Source: an uncultured Lachnospiraceae bacterium (GTDB lineage Bacteria; Bacillota; Clostridia; Lachnospirales; Lachnospiraceae). From it: a DNA stretch of 36,501 nucleotides. Shown here piece after piece: positions 1 to 9,347 of the stretch. The notes beneath the pieces are model-generated. The model was given only the letters and a program-made list of their open reading frames with translations. It did not search any database and was not told the origin of the DNA. Every line of letters starts with the position of its first letter. Position 1 is the stretch's first letter. The stretch spans positions 1-36,501 of the forward strand of contig CACZSZ010000022.1 in NCBI GenBank assembly GCA_902783945.1, given 5' to 3'. The translations under genes and the position numbers were made by a program.

Positions 1-47
1 CAGGAAATTACAGCAGCAGTGCGGACAGGGCTTATGTCAGAAATGAT

Positions 48-293
48 ATGCCGGCAAAGATTTCCTGCCGTTCCTGCGGCAAGATGATCAATGAAGGATC
101 GGCATTTTGTCCCTATTGCGGTGCAGGAACAGGACCGGTGGTCCGTCCCGGATCAGCGCCGGCTCCGCAGGTAAAGGCAAAATGCCCGAACTGCGGCGCG
201 GATCTTATCGAAGGCAGCAAGTTCTGTATGATGTGCGGATATGATGTCAGTCAGGCAGAGCAGATCGATGAACCCACAAAGATCATCTTCTGA
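48..293 (+). CDS. Double zinc-ribbon protein (possibly the C-terminal part of a gene truncated at the window edge)
   Basis: Four CxxC pairs (CRSC, CPYC, CPNC, CMMC) in zinc-ribbon spacing. The frame is open from position 3 to the ATG at 48 with no clear RBS, so the true start may lie upstream. Confidence 0.75.
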   Translation: MPAKISCRSCGKMINEGSAFCPYCGAGTGPVVRPGSAPAPQVKAKCPNCGADLIEGSKFCMMCGYDVSQAEQIDEPTKIIF

Positions 294-294
294 T

Positions 295-789
295 ATGAAA
301 AAAAGGAGCACACCGTATCTGATCTGGTTTGCCGTACTTTTGATGGTGATGCTGGCCATCATAGTGGTCTGGCAGACTCTGCCACGGCAGCGCCTGTACC
401 GGCAGCTGTATGCCGGCCAGAGATGTTTAAATGAAGCTCGTTACGATGATGCAATAATGATGTTCATGCAGGCTGCAGCCATTGATGGAAACAGTTTCGA
501 AACATGGCTGTATCTTGGAGATGCCTGTGCACTGAAAGCGGGAACAGAGCAGGAAAAAGCCGGAACAGAAGTGCAGCAGGAGTCAGAAGTGTACTATGAC
601 CGGGCTGTACAGGCTTATCAGAACGCAGCGGTGACGGCACCGGGAGCAGCTGAACCTTATGAGAGGCTGATCGCTGTCTACGCCCGGCAGGCAGAAACCG
701 CAGAGAGTGCGGAAGCAAAAACACAGTTCGAACAGAAAAAGGAAGAGACAGAAAGATTTTTAAAGGAGATAACAGATGGATTTCAATGA
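295..789 (+). CDS. Membrane-anchored TPR-like protein
   Basis: ATG at 295 directly after the upstream TGA. MKKR is followed by a hydrophobic helix (YLIWFAVLLMVMLAIIVVW) and TPR-like helices (YDDAIMMFMQAAAID...WLYLGDA; YDRAVQAYQNA...PYERLIAVY). Confidence 0.75.
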   Translation: MKKRSTPYLIWFAVLLMVMLAIIVVWQTLPRQRLYRQLYAGQRCLNEARYDDAIMMFMQAAAIDGNSFETWLYLGDACALKAGTEQEKAGTEVQQESEVYYDRAVQAYQNAAVTAPGAAEPYERLIAVYARQAETAESAEAKTQFEQKKEETERFLKEITDGFQ

Positions 790-1336
790 TATCGGAAGAA
801 AGATTTCCTCAGCGGGAAACAGTGTTATGAACAGGGCGAAAAACGCATCTGTTATTAACGGGATCAAAATGCAGATCGCACAGGAACAGAAGAAGATGGA
901 TAGTATCTTTCTTGCCGTCGGCAGAAAGTATTACGAGATGCGTGTTGAGGAAACGCCGGAAGAACTCAAAGAATTGGTGGACCAGCTGAAAGAGAGCGAA
1001 AACAAAATCGCCGACCTGGAGAAACAGTGTGAAGAAGCGAAAAACGTCAGGTTCTGCAGGGGCTGCGGAGAAATTCTGGGTGCGGAAGTCGTTTTCTGTC
1101 CTCATTGCGGAACAAAAGTAGAGGAAATCGTTCCCCCGCCTGAACCGGGAACAATTGTCTGTCCTTATTGCGGCAGTGTTCTGGAAAGGGGTGCCAGATT
1201 CTGCAACATGTGTGGAAAACCCATGCAGCAGAATAATGGTTTTCAGCAGAACAATGTATTTCATCAGAGCGAAAACGTTCAGCAGGGTGAAACTATTCAG
1301 CAGAGCGAAGCCGTTCAGCAAAGCGAAGAAGAATGA
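776..1336 (+). CDS. Coiled-coil plus double zinc-ribbon protein
   Basis: AAGGAG RBS upstream; overlaps the previous gene; N-terminal helical/coiled-coil region; CRGC/CPHC/CPYC/CNMC; Gln-rich repeat tail. Confidence 0.8.
   Translation: MDFNDIGRKISSAGNSVMNRAKNASVINGIKMQIAQEQKKMDSIFLAVGRKYYEMRVEETPEELKELVDQLKESENKIADLEKQCEEAKNVRFCRGCGEILGAEVVFCPHCGTKVEEIVPPPEPGTIVCPYCGSVLERGARFCNMCGKPMQQNNGFQQNNVFHQSENVQQGETIQQSEAVQQSEEE
1226..1333 (+). repeat. Six degenerate 18-bp in-frame tandem repeats
   Basis: Encodes QQNNGF QQNNVF HQSENV QQGETI QQSEAV QQSEEE immediately before the stop codon. Confidence 0.8.
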
Positions 1337-1364
1337 TGCTATACTGCTTATAAGTATTGAGTTT

Positions 1365-1392
1365 GAAGGGGCCGTTTGCGGCCCCTTCCTTT
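1365..1392 (+). terminator. Rho-independent terminator of the zinc-ribbon/TPR genes
   Basis: Perfect 10-bp stem GAAGGGGCCG/CGGCCCCTTC, 4-nt loop, followed by CTTT, between convergent genes. Confidence 0.7.
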
Positions 1393-1396
1393 GTAA

Positions 1397-1436
1397 GTAT
1401 GCCCCGAGCGGGCAATACAGTCCATCCGGGGCATAC
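1397..1436. terminator. Second hairpin downstream of fucI (terminator or REP-like element)
   Basis: GTATGCCCCG (1397-1406) / CGGGGCATAC (1427-1436), 20-nt loop. Confidence 0.5.
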
Positions 1437-1449
1437 CTTTTGTTGTTAT

Positions 1450-3249
1450 TTATTTATATGATTTGTACAGCGGTCCGAAGGTTTTGCATGCCCGGAAATC
1501 GGCGCCTTCTTTATCTGCCGTTCCGAAGCTGTTCCATGCGGCCGGGCGGTAGATGTCCTTTTCAGGAACATTGTGCATGGCTACCGGAATGCGGAGCATG
1601 GAAGCAAAGGTGAGGATATCCGCGCCGATATGGCCGTAGCTGATCGCTCCGTGATTTGCGCCCCAGTTGCGCATCACCGTGTAGGCACTTTCAAAAGCGC
1701 TTCCGGCGACACCGTCGGTGCGTGGTGCAAACCAGGTGCAGGGCCAGGTGTAATCGGTGCGTTTCCAGAGAGTATCTGTGACTTCCGGAGGAAGTTTGAC
1801 AGTCCAGCCTTCCGCGAGCTGAAGCACAGGGCCGAGACCCTTGACCAGATTCAGACGCAGCATCGTGACCGGCATTTCTACATCTGTTGCAAAACGTGAA
1901 GAGAAACCGCCGCCGCGGAAATAACCGTTATCAGCTGCACACCAGGTCGTGGCAGCAAGGAGTTTCTTTTGATCTTCTTCCGTCACATCCCACCACTGCT
2001 TCATCACACCATCCGCCGCTCCGGAGGCGTCCAGGCATGTGGCGCCGGAATTGATCAGATGCAGGAAACCGTCGGCTTCCTTTGCGCGACCTTCAAGGTC
2101 ATATCCGGTCACGCGTTTGACGGAATCCGTGCTCCAGTAGGTGCGCACATCGGAAAACATCTGAGGGCGGCCGGTGAGCTGCTTCATGAAGAGCATGCCC
2201 AGTCCGTTGAGGACATCATTTTCCGTGGCCAGTATATAGGGCTCTCTTGCGCCGTCATAATCAAAAGTCGTAGAGAGGAAAGATTCCGGGTAATCGCAGT
2301 TTGGATAGAAATCCGTCCATTGACGCTGTCCCTGGAAACCGCCGGCAAGGGCATTGTGTCCCAGTGCTTCCTCGGGGAATTTATCTGCGAGCTTTTCATT
2401 GCCGCGCATCAGATCCTTTATGATGATATACATCTTCACTGTAAATTCCCAGTCTTTTTCTTTCTGCTCCGGAGATTTACGGATCCATTCCGGATTTTTG
2501 TCAAAACCTTCTTTGCAGTATACCTTTGTCCAGGCAAGCGCTCTTTCAAATTCTTCCTCGTCGTAGATCCCTTCCGTCATGCGGCGGATCACTTCGACTT
2601 CATCCACAGACTCACAGCGCATGCCGAGATACGCTTCGATGAAATCCTGGTCAATGATGGATCCGCCGATACCCATACAGGAAGAGCCGATAGAGAGGTA
2701 GCTGGTACCCCTGAGGGAGGCAGCTGCCACGGCGCAGCGTCCGAAGCGGAGCAGCATTTCGGTGACATCTTCCGGGATCGTCTCATCGTCTGCATCCTGG
2801 ACATCCCTGCCGTACATGCCAAAAGCAGGAAGACCTTTCTGGGCGCAGGTGGCAAGGACGGAAGCCAGGTAGACGGCGCCCGGCCGTTCCGTAGCATTCA
2901 GCCCCCACACACCTTTGATCGTGGTCGGATCCATATCCATTGTCTCAGAGCCGTAACACCAGCATGGTGTCACCGTAAGCGTGATATCCACACTCTCCCT
3001 GCGGAATTTTTCCTGGCAGGCAGCACTTTCGCGCACGCGTCCGATCGTAGTGTCGGAGATCACTACTTTAACAGGTGTACCGTCCGAATAGCGGAGATTC
3101 TCTTCATAAAGCTTTTTGGCCTTCAGGGCCATACCCATTGTCTGGTCTTCCAGGGAGCCGCGTACATCCAGAGGGCCTCTGCGGCCGTCGATGACGGGAC
3201 GGATCCCGATGACAGGACGGGCACCGATCAGTTTTCTTTTATCAGACAT
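1450..3249 (-). CDS. fucI: L-fucose isomerase (also acts on D-arabinose)
   Basis: 599 aa; [57 protein letters not shown] are FucI hallmark motifs; AAGGAG RBS on the minus strand. Confidence 0.96.
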   Translation of the reverse strand: MSDKRKLIGARPVIGIRPVIDGRRGPLDVRGSLEDQTMGMALKAKKLYEENLRYSDGTPVKVVISDTTIGRVRESAACQEKFRRESVDITLTVTPCWCYGSETMDMDPTTIKGVWGLNATERPGAVYLASVLATCAQKGLPAFGMYGRDVQDADDETIPEDVTEMLLRFGRCAVAAASLRGTSYLSIGSSCMGIGGSIIDQDFIEAYLGMRCESVDEVEVIRRMTEGIYDEEEFERALAWTKVYCKEGFDKNPEWIRKSPEQKEKDWEFTVKMYIIIKDLMRGNEKLADKFPEEALGHNALAGGFQGQRQWTDFYPNCDYPESFLSTTFDYDGAREPYILATENDVLNGLGMLFMKQLTGRPQMFSDVRTYWSTDSVKRVTGYDLEGRAKEADGFLHLINSGATCLDASGAADGVMKQWWDVTEEDQKKLLAATTWCAADNGYFRGGGFSSRFATDVEMPVTMLRLNLVKGLGPVLQLAEGWTVKLPPEVTDTLWKRTDYTWPCTWFAPRTDGVAGSAFESAYTVMRNWGANHGAISYGHIGADILTFASMLRIPVAMHNVPEKDIYRPAAWNSFGTADKEGADFRACKTFGPLYKSYK

Positions 3250-3308
3250 TCTGTTATTCTCCTTCTTACAGATAAAAAACAGCTGAACAGTTAAACAGGT
3301 ACATCTGA

Positions 3309-3337
3309 ATTGTAGTTTAGCCGGACGTTGAAGTCAA
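3309..3337 (-). promoter_or_regulatory. Sigma-A-like promoter for fucI
   Basis: Minus strand TTGACT (3337-3332), 17-nt spacer, TACAAT (3314-3309). Confidence 0.7.
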
Positions 3338-3341
3338 CGTC
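3324..3341. promoter_or_regulatory. Candidate operator palindrome overlapping the fucI -35 box
   Basis: GACGTTGA-AG-TCAACGTC, a perfect 8-bp inverted repeat. Confidence 0.5.
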
Positions 3342-3499
3342 TGTGTGCTGATTGGTTTATTCCGGTTTTGACAGCGGGAGTCTGTTTTTTTTACGGCAAC
3401 TCGTATATAGTAATAGTGGAATGGTCTGAAATGTTCCATTACAGAAGAACGACGGATATTATTTTAAAACGGGAAAATCATAGCAGGAAAACAGAAAGT

Positions 3500-6034
3500 A
3501 TGAAGAATAAGAAAAGCAGAGTGAATATGGTATTGGCGGTTATCGCGGTCGTGCTCGCGGCGGTGCTGGCCATGCTTACGGCATGGAATCATCTTCCGGC
3601 ACAGCGCGTGCGGAATCAGGTCGCTCTGGGACAGAAATATCTCAGCGAACTGCAATATGACAAGGCAATACTGGCTTTTTCGAGGGCAGCAGAGATAGAC
3701 GAAAAGAATGTCGAAGCCAGGATGGGTCTGGGTGATGCCTATATGCAGAAGGCATATACTTACAGTGTAGTGCCCGCCGGGAATACGGTATCTGCAGAAG
3801 AAACCGCTTCGCAGAACAGGGAAAGAGCAGCTTTGTACGCGCAGGCAGTCAAAGCGTATAAAGCGGCGTCGGTGTTGAGACCGGAAGCCGTAGAGCCGCG
3901 TGAGAAAATGATCCAGGCATATGACGGTCAGATCGGTGTGACGGAAGACGGGACAGAAAAAGAAAACCTGATTCGGGAAAAAGAGAACGTGGAAAATACA
4001 GTGCCGGGTGATGAGCAGAATGATACAGACAGCGGCGCTGTATCTGAAGAGCAGGACGGAGAACAGCCCGGAGAAGAACAGAGCGGGGAGCAGCCCGGAG
4101 AAGAACAGAGTGGGGAGCAGACCGGAGAAGAACAGAGTGGGGAGCAGCCTGGAGAAGAACCTTCGGAAGAAGAGTCCGGACAGGCACAGGATGCAGGCCA
4201 GGATACAGATAATACGGAAGGATCAGACGGAAGTCAGGAAAAGGAATTCGCAGAAGTGAAAACAGTTCGTTCTCTGCGGATAGAGTATCAGGAAGAATAT
4301 CTGACAGATCAGCCTGTGGATGTCGAAATAGTCACAGACTATGCAGCCAGGGAGATGCGCATTTCAGCAAGTGAGGAAAACATCCTGTACCTGGATTATC
4401 TGCTGGCAATCGGTGCGGATAATTTGAATCGCGGAAGAGGAGTATTCCCGTATCTGGAGTATTCTTTCTTCAACATGGATCTGGAGACAGAGGAGTCGGC
4501 CGCACTGTACTTCATGGAATATGAACCCGTGCTCCGCAATGAGATCAACCATATTCTGTGCAAATGGGGATTGTGGACGCATGAATTCTGGTTCAATTAT
4601 TCGGAGGACGGCCGTCTGGAGAGTATGGTCCATGACAAAGTGATGAACTCAGATGAGGAACCGGAAGAAGGCACATGGCGAAATGACGGCAGAGTGGTAT
4701 CAAAATTTAGCTGGACCGGTGACAGAATAGACAGAATTGATGTAGAACTTACTTACTTTTATCCGGAGACCCGTACGTATCTGGCGGGATCGGAATTCAG
4801 CTATGAATTTGAATATGATGCGGAAGGGATTTGTCAGAGATTCCGGCATATATGGGGAGATATGACGACGGACAATATCCTGTATTATGACGGGAACGGA
4901 ATACTGGTCGGTGCCGGACGCATACATATGGGAGGCGATGAAAACATCATTTCCATTACGTGTGATCAGAACAGAATTCTGGGAATCTTGGACAACACAC
5001 TGTCCAGCGGATATGAATTCAGATATGACGGCGGATCAGTCACAGAGATGTCAGAATACAATAACGGGGATGCTGCTGCGGAGACATGGAAAACCGTCGT
5101 CGTGGGATATGAGCCGGCGGAGAATTCCGGAGAAGAACCGATCCCGGATGAGTCAGAAGCTGCGGCAGAAGCAATCCCGGATGAGACGGAAGCTGCGGCA
5201 GAAGCAATCCCGGATGAGGCAGCGGCCGGCGGTCCGGCCTATGAAGCGGATCCGATGCAGATCGCAGAGACCGTGTTGTCTATTTCTGGCAATACGGAAG
5301 ACATCATTGAAATTCAGTATACTATAGAGGATCCGGTGATGAAGACCCTGCATCAGACACAGGTCACGTCCTCGCAGATCCTGTATGCGGGAAAGATGGA
5401 TCCGGACGGAGACGGTCAGGACGAAGTACTGGCAGTCACCCTGGATGATGCGGAGCACGGCAGTCCCGGGGAAGAAGTCGGGATCCACATACTGGAATAC
5501 AGCCCGGAAAGCGGCTGGCTCTCTGCGGATACTGTCAGAACTTTTCTCCCGGAGACATGGGCGGACGGGCGTCTTAATGTTTTTCAGAGACAGACGGAAA
5601 GTGGGATGACGATCTATCTGGAATCAGCCTCGTCATCCAGTGCCTTTGTATGGAGGCTGGAAGGGTACCGGTACAATGGCGGTAATCTGGACAGGGCATT
5701 TGAGCCGATCGTGGAAGGAACACAGCAGGATCCACGGTATACTTTTCTTGCGATGGGAAACTATGAGGGCATAGATCCGGAATCTCTGAGCCAGGATATG
5801 CTGGATTATAACAATGAGATCGTCGGAAGAATATACCAGACAGGTATAACACCGGCCGTTCTCGGACCGGATTCACCGGTGACGATGACGGACACGGAGG
5901 CGGTTCCGATGATGGATATACAGATCCATCCGGAGTGGCGTATCGATATGAGCACATTGTTTTACAGTACAGAGGCGGCCGTCTCTGCGGGAGACACGGT
6001 TGCGGACGTGCGTCTTGCCATACACAGAAACTGA
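3500..6034 (+). CDS. Large membrane-anchored acidic protein: TM, TPR, repeat linker, YD-like beta-hairpin region, C-terminal domain with Ca-binding-like loop
   Basis: Preferred start ATG 3500 (MKNKKSR plus hydrophobic helix). TPR YDKAILAFSRAAEIDEKNVEARMGLGDAY; repeated Y-D/E-x-x-G turns; DPDGDGQDEV loop. The ORF track's TTG start at 3368 is less plausible. Confidence 0.75.
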   Translation: MKNKKSRVNMVLAVIAVVLAAVLAMLTAWNHLPAQRVRNQVALGQKYLSELQYDKAILAFSRAAEIDEKNVEARMGLGDAYMQKAYTYSVVPAGNTVSAEETASQNRERAALYAQAVKAYKAASVLRPEAVEPREKMIQAYDGQIGVTEDGTEKENLIREKENVENTVPGDEQNDTDSGAVSEEQDGEQPGEEQSGEQPGEEQSGEQTGEEQSGEQPGEEPSEEESGQAQDAGQDTDNTEGSDGSQEKEFAEVKTVRSLRIEYQEEYLTDQPVDVEIVTDYAAREMRISASEENILYLDYLLAIGADNLNRGRGVFPYLEYSFFNMDLETEESAALYFMEYEPVLRNEINHILCKWGLWTHEFWFNYSEDGRLESMVHDKVMNSDEEPEEGTWRNDGRVVSKFSWTGDRIDRIDVELTYFYPETRTYLAGSEFSYEFEYDAEGICQRFRHIWGDMTTDNILYYDGNGILVGAGRIHMGGDENIISITCDQNRILGILDNTLSSGYEFRYDGGSVTEMSEYNNGDAAAETWKTVVVGYEPAENSGEEPIPDESEAAAEAIPDETEAAAEAIPDEAAAGGPAYEADPMQIAETVLSISGNTEDIIEIQYTIEDPVMKTLHQTQVTSSQILYAGKMDPDGDGQDEVLAVTLDDAEHGSPGEEVGIHILEYSPESGWLSADTVRTFLPETWADGRLNVFQRQTESGMTIYLESASSSSAFVWRLEGYRYNGGNLDRAFEPIVEGTQQDPRYTFLAMGNYEGIDPESLSQDMLDYNNEIVGRIYQTGITPAVLGPDSPVTMTDTEAVPMMDIQIHPEWRIDMSTLFYSTEAAVSAGDTVADVRLAIHRN
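4058..4160 (+). repeat. 27-bp in-frame tandem repeat (GEQPGEEQS), about 4 copies
   Basis: Near-identical units ggagaagaacagag(c/t)ggggagcag. Confidence 0.85.
5141..5227 (+). repeat. 33-bp in-frame tandem repeat (IPDE(S/T)EAAAEA), about 2.6 copies
   Basis: atcccggatgag...gaagctgcggcagaagca repeated. Confidence 0.85.
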
Positions 6035-6053
6035 CCTGATGTACGCCGTACGG

Positions 6054-6082
6054 TTTACGGAAAGTTCCCGGTGGAGTATAAT
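6054..6082 (+). promoter_or_regulatory. Sigma-A-like promoter for lepA-hemW
   Basis: TTTACG, 17-nt spacer, TATAAT; a second TATAAT at 6085-6090. Confidence 0.6.
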
Positions 6083-6179
6083 AGTATAATTACAGCTTCA
6101 GAAGCGGAACAGGGTGGACCGGCTTCCGGAGGGGTGATCAGGCAACAAAGTCCGCATCTGACCCGGTGTCTATGGAGGA

Positions 6180-8000
6180 ATGAAATTGACAGATACAGAA
6201 CAGAGCAGAATACGGAATTTCTGCATTATTGCGCATATTGACCACGGCAAATCCACACTGGCCGACCGGATCATTGAGAGGACGGGGCTCCTGACAGACA
6301 GAGAGATGCAGAGCCAGGTTCTGGACAATATGGATCTGGAGCGGGAGCGCGGCATCACGATCAAAGCGCAGGCCTGCCGCACGGTGTATAAGGCGCAGGA
6401 CGGGCAGGAATATATTTTCAACATGATCGATACGCCGGGGCACGTAGACTTTAATTATGAAGTGTCCCGTTCCCTGGCGGCCTGTGACGGGGCTATCCTG
6501 GTCGTGGATGCAGCGCAGGGCGTGGAGGCACAGACGCTGGCCAATGTCTATCTGGCACTGGATCATGATCTGGAAGTTTTTCCGGTCATAAATAAGATCG
6601 ATCTGCCGAGCGCGGATCCGGAGCGTGTCATCAATGAGATCGAGGATGTCATCGGGCTGGAAGCAGAGGACGCTCCGCGCATCTCCGCCAAGACCGGTGA
6701 AAATATCGAACAGGTTCTGGAGACGATCGCACATAAGATACCGGCTCCGGAAGGCGATCCGAAGGCACCGCTGAAAGCATTGATCTTTGACTCGGTATAT
6801 GACCCATACAAGGGAGTGATCGTGTCGATCCGGCTGAAAGAAGGAACGGTGCGCCGCGGCGACCGTATCCGGATGATGGCGACCGGTGCGGAAGAAGATG
6901 TTGTTGAAGTCGGCTATTTCGGTGCGGGACAGTTTATCCCCTGTGAAAAACTGGAAGCCGGCATGGTCGGATATATCACGGCAAGCATCAAAAATGTCGC
7001 GTCGACACAAGTCGGTGACACGGTCACGCTTGCCGGCAGGCCTGCGGAAGAACCGCTTCCCGGTTACAAAAAGGTGCAGTCTATGGTGTACTGCGGCCTG
7101 TATCCTGCGGACAGTGCCAAGTATCCGGATCTGCGCGACGCACTGGAAAAGCTGCAGCTCAATGATGCTTCTCTTTTCTATGAACCGGAGACATCGGCAG
7201 CTCTCGGATTCGGGTTCCGATGTGGTTTTCTGGGACTGCTGCATCTGGAGATCATTCAGGAGAGACTCGAGCGGGAATACAATCTGGACCTGGTCACAAC
7301 GGCGCCGGGTGTTGTCTATAAAGTGCATAAGACCGACGGCAGCGTGATCGAACTGACCAATCCTTCCAATCTGCCGGATCCGGCCGAGATCGATTATATG
7401 GAAGAACCGCTGGTAAGTGCAGAGATCATGGTAACAACGGAATTTGTCGGCTCGATCATGCAGCTGTGTGAGGAGCGGCGCGGAGAGTATCAGGGCATGG
7501 AATACATGGAACAGACTCGTGCTGTGCTGCGGTATTATCTGCCGCTGAATGAGATCATCTATGATTTCTTTGATGCTCTGAAATCGCGGTCCCGCGGGTA
7601 TGCTTCGCTGGATTATGAACTGCTCGGCTACCGGCAGAGTGATCTTGTGAGACTCGATATACTGGTCAATCATGAGCAGGTTGATGCGCTGTCATTTATT
7701 GTGTTTTCCGGTTCGGCCTACGAGCGCGGACGTAAGATGTGCGAGAAACTCAAACAGGAGATCCCGCGGCAGCTGTTCGATATCCCGATCCAGGCGGCCG
7801 TCGGTTCCAAGATCATAGCCCGTGAGACAGTCAAGGCGCTCCGCAAGGACGTTCTGGCCAAATGTTACGGCGGCGACATAACCAGAAAGAAAAAACTGCT
7901 TGAAAAGCAGAAAGAGGGCAAAAAACGTATGCGTCAGGTAGGCAGCGTGGAAATTCCGCAGAAAGCCTTTATGAGCGTGCTGAAACTGGATGAAAACTGA
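6180..8000 (+). CDS. lepA: Translation elongation factor 4
   Basis: [67 protein letters not shown]. Confidence 0.98.
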   Translation: MKLTDTEQSRIRNFCIIAHIDHGKSTLADRIIERTGLLTDREMQSQVLDNMDLERERGITIKAQACRTVYKAQDGQEYIFNMIDTPGHVDFNYEVSRSLAACDGAILVVDAAQGVEAQTLANVYLALDHDLEVFPVINKIDLPSADPERVINEIEDVIGLEAEDAPRISAKTGENIEQVLETIAHKIPAPEGDPKAPLKALIFDSVYDPYKGVIVSIRLKEGTVRRGDRIRMMATGAEEDVVEVGYFGAGQFIPCEKLEAGMVGYITASIKNVASTQVGDTVTLAGRPAEEPLPGYKKVQSMVYCGLYPADSAKYPDLRDALEKLQLNDASLFYEPETSAALGFGFRCGFLGLLHLEIIQERLEREYNLDLVTTAPGVVYKVHKTDGSVIELTNPSNLPDPAEIDYMEEPLVSAEIMVTTEFVGSIMQLCEERRGEYQGMEYMEQTRAVLRYYLPLNEIIYDFFDALKSRSRGYASLDYELLGYRQSDLVRLDILVNHEQVDALSFIVFSGSAYERGRKMCEKLKQEIPRQLFDIPIQAAVGSKIIARETVKALRKDVLAKCYGGDITRKKKLLEKQKEGKKRMRQVGSVEIPQKAFMSVLKLDEN

Positions 8001-9274
8001 TGGAGATTTATATTCACCTCCCTTTCTGTGTGCAAAAATGCAGATACTGTGATTTTCTGAGCTTTCCGGCAGAGGAAGAACGGCAGCGGGTATATATCGA
8101 TGCCCTGCTGCAGGAGATACGCCGGACGGCAGAGCGTACGGGAAGCTGTGAAGACGGGGATCCTGTGAAGCCGGTCTCCGTATTTCTGGGAGGAGGGACG
8201 CCGTCTCTTCTGCCCGCAGAATGGATCGGTGAAATCCTTGAGGAACTGCGAAGCTGTTTTCCTGTCAGTGCGGATGCCGAGATCACGATCGAGGCTAACC
8301 CGGGTACAGTGGACACCGGAAAACTGCAGATGTACCGGTCAGCCGGAATCAACCGGATCAGCTTCGGGTGTCAGTCATTTCAAGAGCAGGAACTGAAGCT
8401 GCTTGGCAGGATCCATACCGTCCGGGAAATCAGAGAAAGCGTAAGGCTGGCCCGTGAGGCCGGCTTTGACAATATCAATATGGATCTGATGAGCGGGCTT
8501 CCGGGGCAGGATCTGAAGAGTTGGGAAGAGACACTGCACCAGGCTGTTGTTTTGGAGCCGGAACATATTTCCGCCTACAGCCTGATCATTGAAGAGGGAA
8601 CCCCGTTCTTCACACAATACGGAGAAAAAGATAACCGCTGTTCGGAATTTGCAGCAAAGGATAAGGCCGGGACAGAGGAGAATGGTTTTCCTGCACTTCC
8701 GGATGAGGAAACAGAGCGCCGGATGTATGAGCGGACGGCTGAAATCCTCGCAGAAGCCGGTTTCCGTCAGTATGAGATCTCCAATTATGCAAGAGAAGGA
8801 TACGCGTGCCGGCACAATCTTGGTTACTGGACAGGGATACCGTACTTCGGATTTGGGCTGGGAGCTTCCGGATATCTGCCGCAGAGCTGGTTCAGCAGGA
8901 TGCAGGCAGGAAATACCGGATCGGAGGAAAAGGAGCCTTTGAATGAAGAGTCCGGAACCGCTCAGCGCTGGGTGAGATACCGCAACACATGCGATTTTAT
9001 CAGGTATACAGATGGGATCAGTGAGTATGATGAAGTGCAGGTCTTGGACCAGAAAGACCTGCAGGCAGAATTCATGATCCTTGGACTCCGGCTCACAGAA
9101 GGTGTGGAAGATGCCGGATTCAGGAGACGTTTCGGATGTTCTCTGGATACCGTGTACGGGGAGATATTGAAAAAATACAGCGGCATGGGGTTCCTGGTCC
9201 GGAAAGACGGAAGGACATACCTGTCACGGAAGGGAATCTCCGTTTCCAACACTGTTCTGGCGGATTTTTTGTGA
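8000..9274 (+). CDS. hemW: Radical SAM heme chaperone HemW (HemN-like)
   Basis: [16 protein letters not shown] (CxxxCxxC), GGGTPS, EANPGT, YEISNYA, HNLGYW; coupled to lepA (TGATG), the usual Firmicute context. Confidence 0.92.
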   Translation: MEIYIHLPFCVQKCRYCDFLSFPAEEERQRVYIDALLQEIRRTAERTGSCEDGDPVKPVSVFLGGGTPSLLPAEWIGEILEELRSCFPVSADAEITIEANPGTVDTGKLQMYRSAGINRISFGCQSFQEQELKLLGRIHTVREIRESVRLAREAGFDNINMDLMSGLPGQDLKSWEETLHQAVVLEPEHISAYSLIIEEGTPFFTQYGEKDNRCSEFAAKDKAGTEENGFPALPDEETERRMYERTAEILAEAGFRQYEISNYAREGYACRHNLGYWTGIPYFGFGLGASGYLPQSWFSRMQAGNTGSEEKEPLNEESGTAQRWVRYRNTCDFIRYTDGISEYDEVQVLDQKDLQAEFMILGLRLTEGVEDAGFRRRFGCSLDTVYGEILKKYSGMGFLVRKDGRTYLSRKGISVSNTVLADFL

Positions 9275-9347
9275 TCCATACAGAATATGATCCGCAGCCG
9301 CTTGCCTGAGACAGATAAAAGAAAAACATAAGATTTCAAAGAAGAGT

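Noticed and set aside
3279-3290. 12-mer ACAGCTGAACAG shared with 32981-32992
   Set aside because: Exact 12-mer matches are expected by chance in 36 kb, and the copies are in opposite orientation relative to their downstream genes.
1969-3294. 441-aa ORF antisense to fucI
   Set aside because: Shadow ORF opposite a conserved gene; no motifs; typical result of codon bias.
3368-3499. Longer N-termini from the ORF track (starts at 241, 3368, 16264, 18068, 24614)
   Set aside because: Downstream starts have better RBS, coupling or signal/TM placement.
4058-4160. 27-33-bp repeats as a possible CRISPR array (also 5141, 17860, 36047)
   Set aside because: Head-to-tail, in frame, no unique spacers, no cas genes.
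6138-7673. 511-aa ORF antisense to lepA (similarly antisense ORFs over uvrA and mreB)
   Set aside because: Lies opposite strongly conserved genes with no recognisable domain or RBS.
9275-9347. LexA/SOS box upstream of uvrA
   Set aside because: No adequate match to GAAC-N4-GTTC; none upstream of recD2 either.
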